NCBI GenBank assembly: GCA_964234715.1
Contig: OZ174288.1
From: Podarcis melisellensis
Lineage: Eukaryota
Length of the DNA: 64,000 nucleotides
Reading direction: 5' to 3' (one strand)
The notes under the pieces: model-generated
Told to the model about the DNA's origin: nothing
Database searches by the model: none
What the model saw: the letters and a program-made list of their open reading frames with translations, nothing else
Made by a program: the position numbers and the translations under genes
Shown: positions 59,501 to 64,000 of the stretch, piece after piece
How positions within the stretch are numbered: the stretch's first letter is position 1
How the letters are laid out: every line of letters begins with the position of its first letter

Positions 59501-62500
59501 TTATCCAGGCACGTTTTGATATAGCTCTTGTAGTAATCCACCTGCTCCTCGTAAAAAGTCGCCTTGGAGGTGAGGGCGTTGTGGGTCTGCTGCAACTTCA
59601 CCAGCTCTGCTTTTCTCCTTTGGCGATAGCGCCGCTGATTTCGAATGTCCTAGAGTTTGGAGGGGAGAGGGGGGAAACAGGCTTACCTTCTAACTCACCC
59701 CCACCCAAGACATTCCAAGTTTGTGTGCACATGTCCATTGAGTAGCCACCCCCATATGCCCGGTTACCTTTATATGCACCTGCCAGCACAAGCCCACTGG
59801 CTGTTAGCTCAGTTTCCCTGGATGCCGCCTACCTTGGCCACATCATTGATCAGATCCTGGTATCTGTTCTTGGGGTTCACTGTCCCCAGTTCAGTCAGCT
59901 TCTTCAGGGCCGATTTTATCTTTTCCTTCTTTTCTTGAAGGCTCAGGTTGCTGTCCTCCTTGACCGCTTTGGATTTCTTCATCTTGTCAGGAGTTTTGGC
60001 ATCCCGAATGGCTCGCCTCTGCATGGCTCTCTGGTGTTCGGCTTCCTGGGTGGGGATTGGGGTGTCAGAAAGGCTGTTGCAACTGGTCTGTTGTGGTACA
60101 CACATTCCTGCCCCCCCTCAACATACACAACCAGAGGCCACTTGCTTGAGCCCTTCTCTTCTTTGGACAGTCAGTCACAGACTGCCGTTCCCCCTGGCCT
60201 GCGACACACTCTTGGAGACAGCAAGACTTTGGCGTCTGCTCCAACATGACTACACCTCCTCCCCATTACCTGTTCAGCACTGGCTGGAGTTTCCAGGATC
60301 TCAGTCAGTGTCTCTCCTGGCTGGAAGCGGATCACATCCACAATTAAGCGCTTTGTGCTGAAAAGCAAAAGGAAAGGAAGAATCAACGTGCCATCACTGA
60401 GCAAGTGCCTGTTGTCTCTTCTGCCAAATATGCACCATCAGGGAGATACTCAAAAGAGGAAGGAAATCACAGAAACACCCACCCTTGACAACTCACATCT
60501 CAGTAGCACAGAAAGCTGCAGATGTTCTTACACATAGCCTTGCCACTGTGATTTATGAACTGTGAACCTGAAGGCTGGGTTACTGTAATGCACTCTATGC
60601 AAGGCTTGTGCAGGGATTGTAGCTACTGCAAAAGGAAGCCCACACCACTCACTGGGGTGCCACATGGAATGCTTATTTCATGCCAGTGTGCTGCTGAATA
60701 TTGCAGCAGTTGCTACGTATCAACATGTAGCAAACATGTACAAAGAGATGCAGACTTCTGTACACCTCAAATGGCGTGTACACCACCAAATCTGTGGTGG
60801 ATGATCAGAACCTTGGGACAACTTTGCCATCCTTTTGAGGGCTCTCCCTCCCTCTGCCTCCTCTTTGATACATGATCATCAAATGGTGGAACCCAACATA
60901 CTGAGAGCAAGACACATTTTTAGTCATTTCACTTCCCTGAATACTTCTGTTATTTCTGGATGTTGCCATCTTTTGTGTTTTACCTAGAGAACTGTGTAGG
61001 GGATTCAGAGTGGAGAGATGCAGGCTCAGAATCTCCACTAAGCCATGAAGCTCACTGATAAGCCTTTGGCTCCCTCCAGCCAGTCAGCCTTTTCTTGAAG
61101 CCTGGGCAAATGCTTTGGTGAAATGGGACAACCCCAAGTGCCTTGGATGTGAAAGTGAGAAAGGTTCAGGGGCTGTCATGGCCCCTACTTACTTCAGCAG
61201 AATTGTCTTGGCATCCATCTCTGCGTTCTCGTCCCCAGGAACATCAAATTTGTTAGTCAGTGTGAGTGAAACTTCTGTCTTGGCCAACATCTCTTTACTG
61301 GCTGGATCATTCACGCTGCCAGATCCCTCTCCTTGGAGAAAAGCAGAGCACAGGAAGAGAGTGTGGTTGTTTGCTTCACTCATTTAGTCTCTTCCCCTAT
61401 GAAAGCTCATTTTTTAAGTAAGTGATTTTAAATGTGTGTGTGTTCCTGGGTGCCAGCTGTCTCTCTTACCTTGAGGACACTATTTAATCACCTTAGGAAC
61501 AGCAATGTTGACATGTGTCTGCATAGCTTTGGTTACAGAGGCCTCAATATGCAGGCAGGAGTAAGGCTGGTGGAGAGACATATTAGCTCTGCTTCTGGAT
61601 TGTTTGTGGCTAGTGTTTTAGCACTCAATCCATACACTTGAGCTATGTTTCTCATTACTAAATCAGAAAAAAGCTCACCTATCAGAGATTCAATGGTGGA
61701 CACCTCCCCCAGGTCATCCAGAAGCTCATGAATAGGGTCATTGTGCTCAGGAGCGATGGCATCTTGATGGTCCAAAAGCAGCTAGTTTGTGAGTAACAAA
61801 GATTAGGCAGTGAGCTGATAATAATAATAATGATATTATAACAATTTATTATTTATATGCCGCCCATTTGACTGGGTTGCCCCAGACACTCTGGGCAGTT
61901 CCCAACAAGAAATAGTTAAAACACAATACAGCAGCGGTTCTCAACCTGTGGGTCGCGACCCCTTTGAGGGTCAAACAACCCTTTCACAGGGGTTGCCTAA
62001 GACCAGGTTACCCATGCTACACCATGCTTCAAGACAAAATTTCATTTATTTGTAATTAGAAATAAATATTTCACAATATATAATTACATATTGTTTTGTG
62101 ATTAATCACTATGCTTTAATTATGTTCAATTTGTAACAATGAAAATACATCCTGCATCTCAGATATTTACATTACAATTCATAACAGTAGCAAAATCAGA
62201 GTTATGGAGTAGCAACAAAAACAATTTTATGGTTGGGGGTCACCACAACATGAGGAACTGTATTAAAGGGTCGTGGCATTAGGAAGGTTGAGAACCACTA
62301 CAGTACAGGATGAATAATAATAATCTGTGCTTGTGATGTTTCTGTCTAGTTTCTGGTATTCTTCAGAAAAACTTTTTTATTTATACCAAGAGAATAAAGT
62401 CTACACCATAACGGTCCTAGATGCAAAAGAATCTTACAGTGTGTGTGTTTATTATTTCTCCAATGGAAATATAGATCACTGGCTTCGTGAGGGTCACCAA

Positions 62501-63477
62501 GTCTGAATATTCATCAACATTGAACTTCTCTTGCAGCTCTGGGACTTCACAAGCAGCCTGGAAAAAACGCCTTCAGAAAGGCAAAAGAGAGTTAACCTAA
62601 TCTGGAAAGTCCTACCCCTGCCACCCCCAACCCAGCTGGTAATGCTTTTCTGCCCCATTTTGGCCAAATAGGTCTTCACAAGCACCATATTTGTCCTCCA
62701 CCAGGAGATTCTCATCTGGGGCGATTATAACACTTCACATAAGTCACTATGGGGAGCAGTCCCAAGCAGCATCCTTTAAAACTGGAATGCAACACACTGG
62801 ATGATGGGAACTGGAGTCACAACAACCCTGGCTTTTAAGTTTGACCACGAAGCACACTCACCCACCCTATTTGGTGAAAGAAAAGATAAAACTAAACTTG
62901 TTCTCAAGTGAGTCTTCCCCTGCTAAAAATATTTCTGCGTGCCCAATTCTCAGAAAGGAACCTTACTTCCCCAGGTGACAGAACTTTTGGGGAATCTGGT
63001 GTTGTGGCTACCTAAATACAAGGGTGTATTTCAGGAGAAATTCCCAAGCAAGGTTGGACTGTGAAGTTACGCCAGTCAGCCATGTCTGTGCCTTGTCAGA
63101 AGCAGGCAACTTCTTGTGGGACTTTACAAACAAATGTGTCCCCCCCACCAGAGAAACAGATCTCCTCCTTCCTATCTGTTCTGAATAATTCACTGTCATT
63201 GGCCCCATCATTCCTTGCTGAAAGTCATTGTCATTCTACTTTACCTGAATTTCTGGTAGGACTGAGAAAGGTACTCGTTGATGATGCCTAGGTGCGCATT
63301 GTCCCCCAGGAACATCTTATTAGATGCTGCATGCTGCAACATTTTTGCAATGGAGCCGAGGTTTCGCCGTTGGTCGGTCGTCAACTGTCCTCCAGCTGAC
63401 AGATCAATGATGTCAAAGGCATCTGGAGCCACAATGGCCGGGTTCATGTAGCGATAGTACAGAAGGTTGCCTACAAT
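56532..63477 (-). CDS. IQGAP1: Ras GTPase-activating-like protein IQGAP1, 3' part (10 exons; end of GRD and RGCT domains)
   Basis: Exons 63477-63245, 62570-62438, 61781-61679, 61331-61193, 60357-60270, 60045-59833, 59649-59483, 59130-59008, 58437-58329, 56645-56532. LLYYRYMNPAIVAPDAFDIIDLSAGGQLTTDQRRNLGSIAK...VNVNLLIFLLNKKFYGK*; EDSNL and VSKKPREMKGKKSKKISLKY favour IQGAP1 over IQGAP2/3. Confidence 0.96.
61932..62300 (+). mobile_element. SPIN (Space Invader; URR1-like) non-autonomous hAT transposon
   Basis: cagcggttctcaacctgtgggtcgcgacccctttg...ttcataacagtagcaaaat...ggttgggggtcaccacaacatgaggaactgtattaaagggtc...aaggttgagaaccact; 8-bp TSD caatacag / cagtacag (7/8 match). Confidence 0.9.
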
Positions 63478-64000
63478 CTAGGGAAAGAGTCCTTTGTGAC
63501 CTCACCTTGTCTGGAGGAAGCCACTTTCACCAATTCTGTCCCCCACCGCCAACCTGCTCAGTTGCACAAAGAGGCAGAGGGGAGGCAATAGGGCTTTAGA
63601 AAGGAAAGGAAGCCGCAGGCATTTGGGAGCAGGCAGGCAGGCAGCTGCTGTTTTCCTCACTTTGGAAGAGAATTAGCCACATTGGGAAATGCAGCTGAGA
63701 TGCGGAAAAAGCCAGGAAGAGCCAGAAACAAGGCAAGGACTTGGCAAACGGAACATCCAGCACAGACGCCCCGGGGCAGATCATTTCTCAGCTCCACTGG
63801 GTGGCTACATTAAGCAGGTGCCATTTGTCTGGTTGGAGACACGCCAGGAAAGAAAGGGAGGGAGGGTTGGCTCCCACGGAAGTGCCTTGGAGCTATAATC
63901 TTGCCTCCCCAACAGCCTCAAAAGGCAGTAGTCAAAGAAAGCCACAGGCTAGGAAGTTCTCGCTGCTGGACTATGGGGAATGGGCAGTGATCCACGGGCT

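Overview
Eukaryotic, intron-rich vertebrate DNA. The repeat content (tRNA-headed CR1-tailed SINEs, mariner/hAT MITEs, SPIN) suggests a squamate, probably a lacertid lizard; this is an inference. Six spliced genes could be reconstructed exon by exon from splice sites, reading-frame continuity and recalled human orthologue sequences: PDPK1 (+, 5' part outside the window), KCTD5 (+), UBE2I (+), TSR3 (-), GNPTG (+, head-to-head with TSR3) and IQGAP1 (-, 5' part outside the window). Most ORFs in the supplied track are spurious or are exon fragments. I found no new multi-gene system. The best leads are: (i) two candidate alternative exons in KCTD5 intron 5 that would remodel its C-terminus; (ii) a cluster of substitutions in the PDPK1 alphaB/alphaC (PIF-pocket) region; (iii) no BAIAP3 between UBE2I and TSR3, and a GNPTG|IQGAP1 synteny junction with interdigitated poly(A) signals; (iv) a U12 minor intron; (v) several informative transposon insertions. 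All comparisons with human proteins and repeat consensus sequences are from memory and need alignment to confirm.
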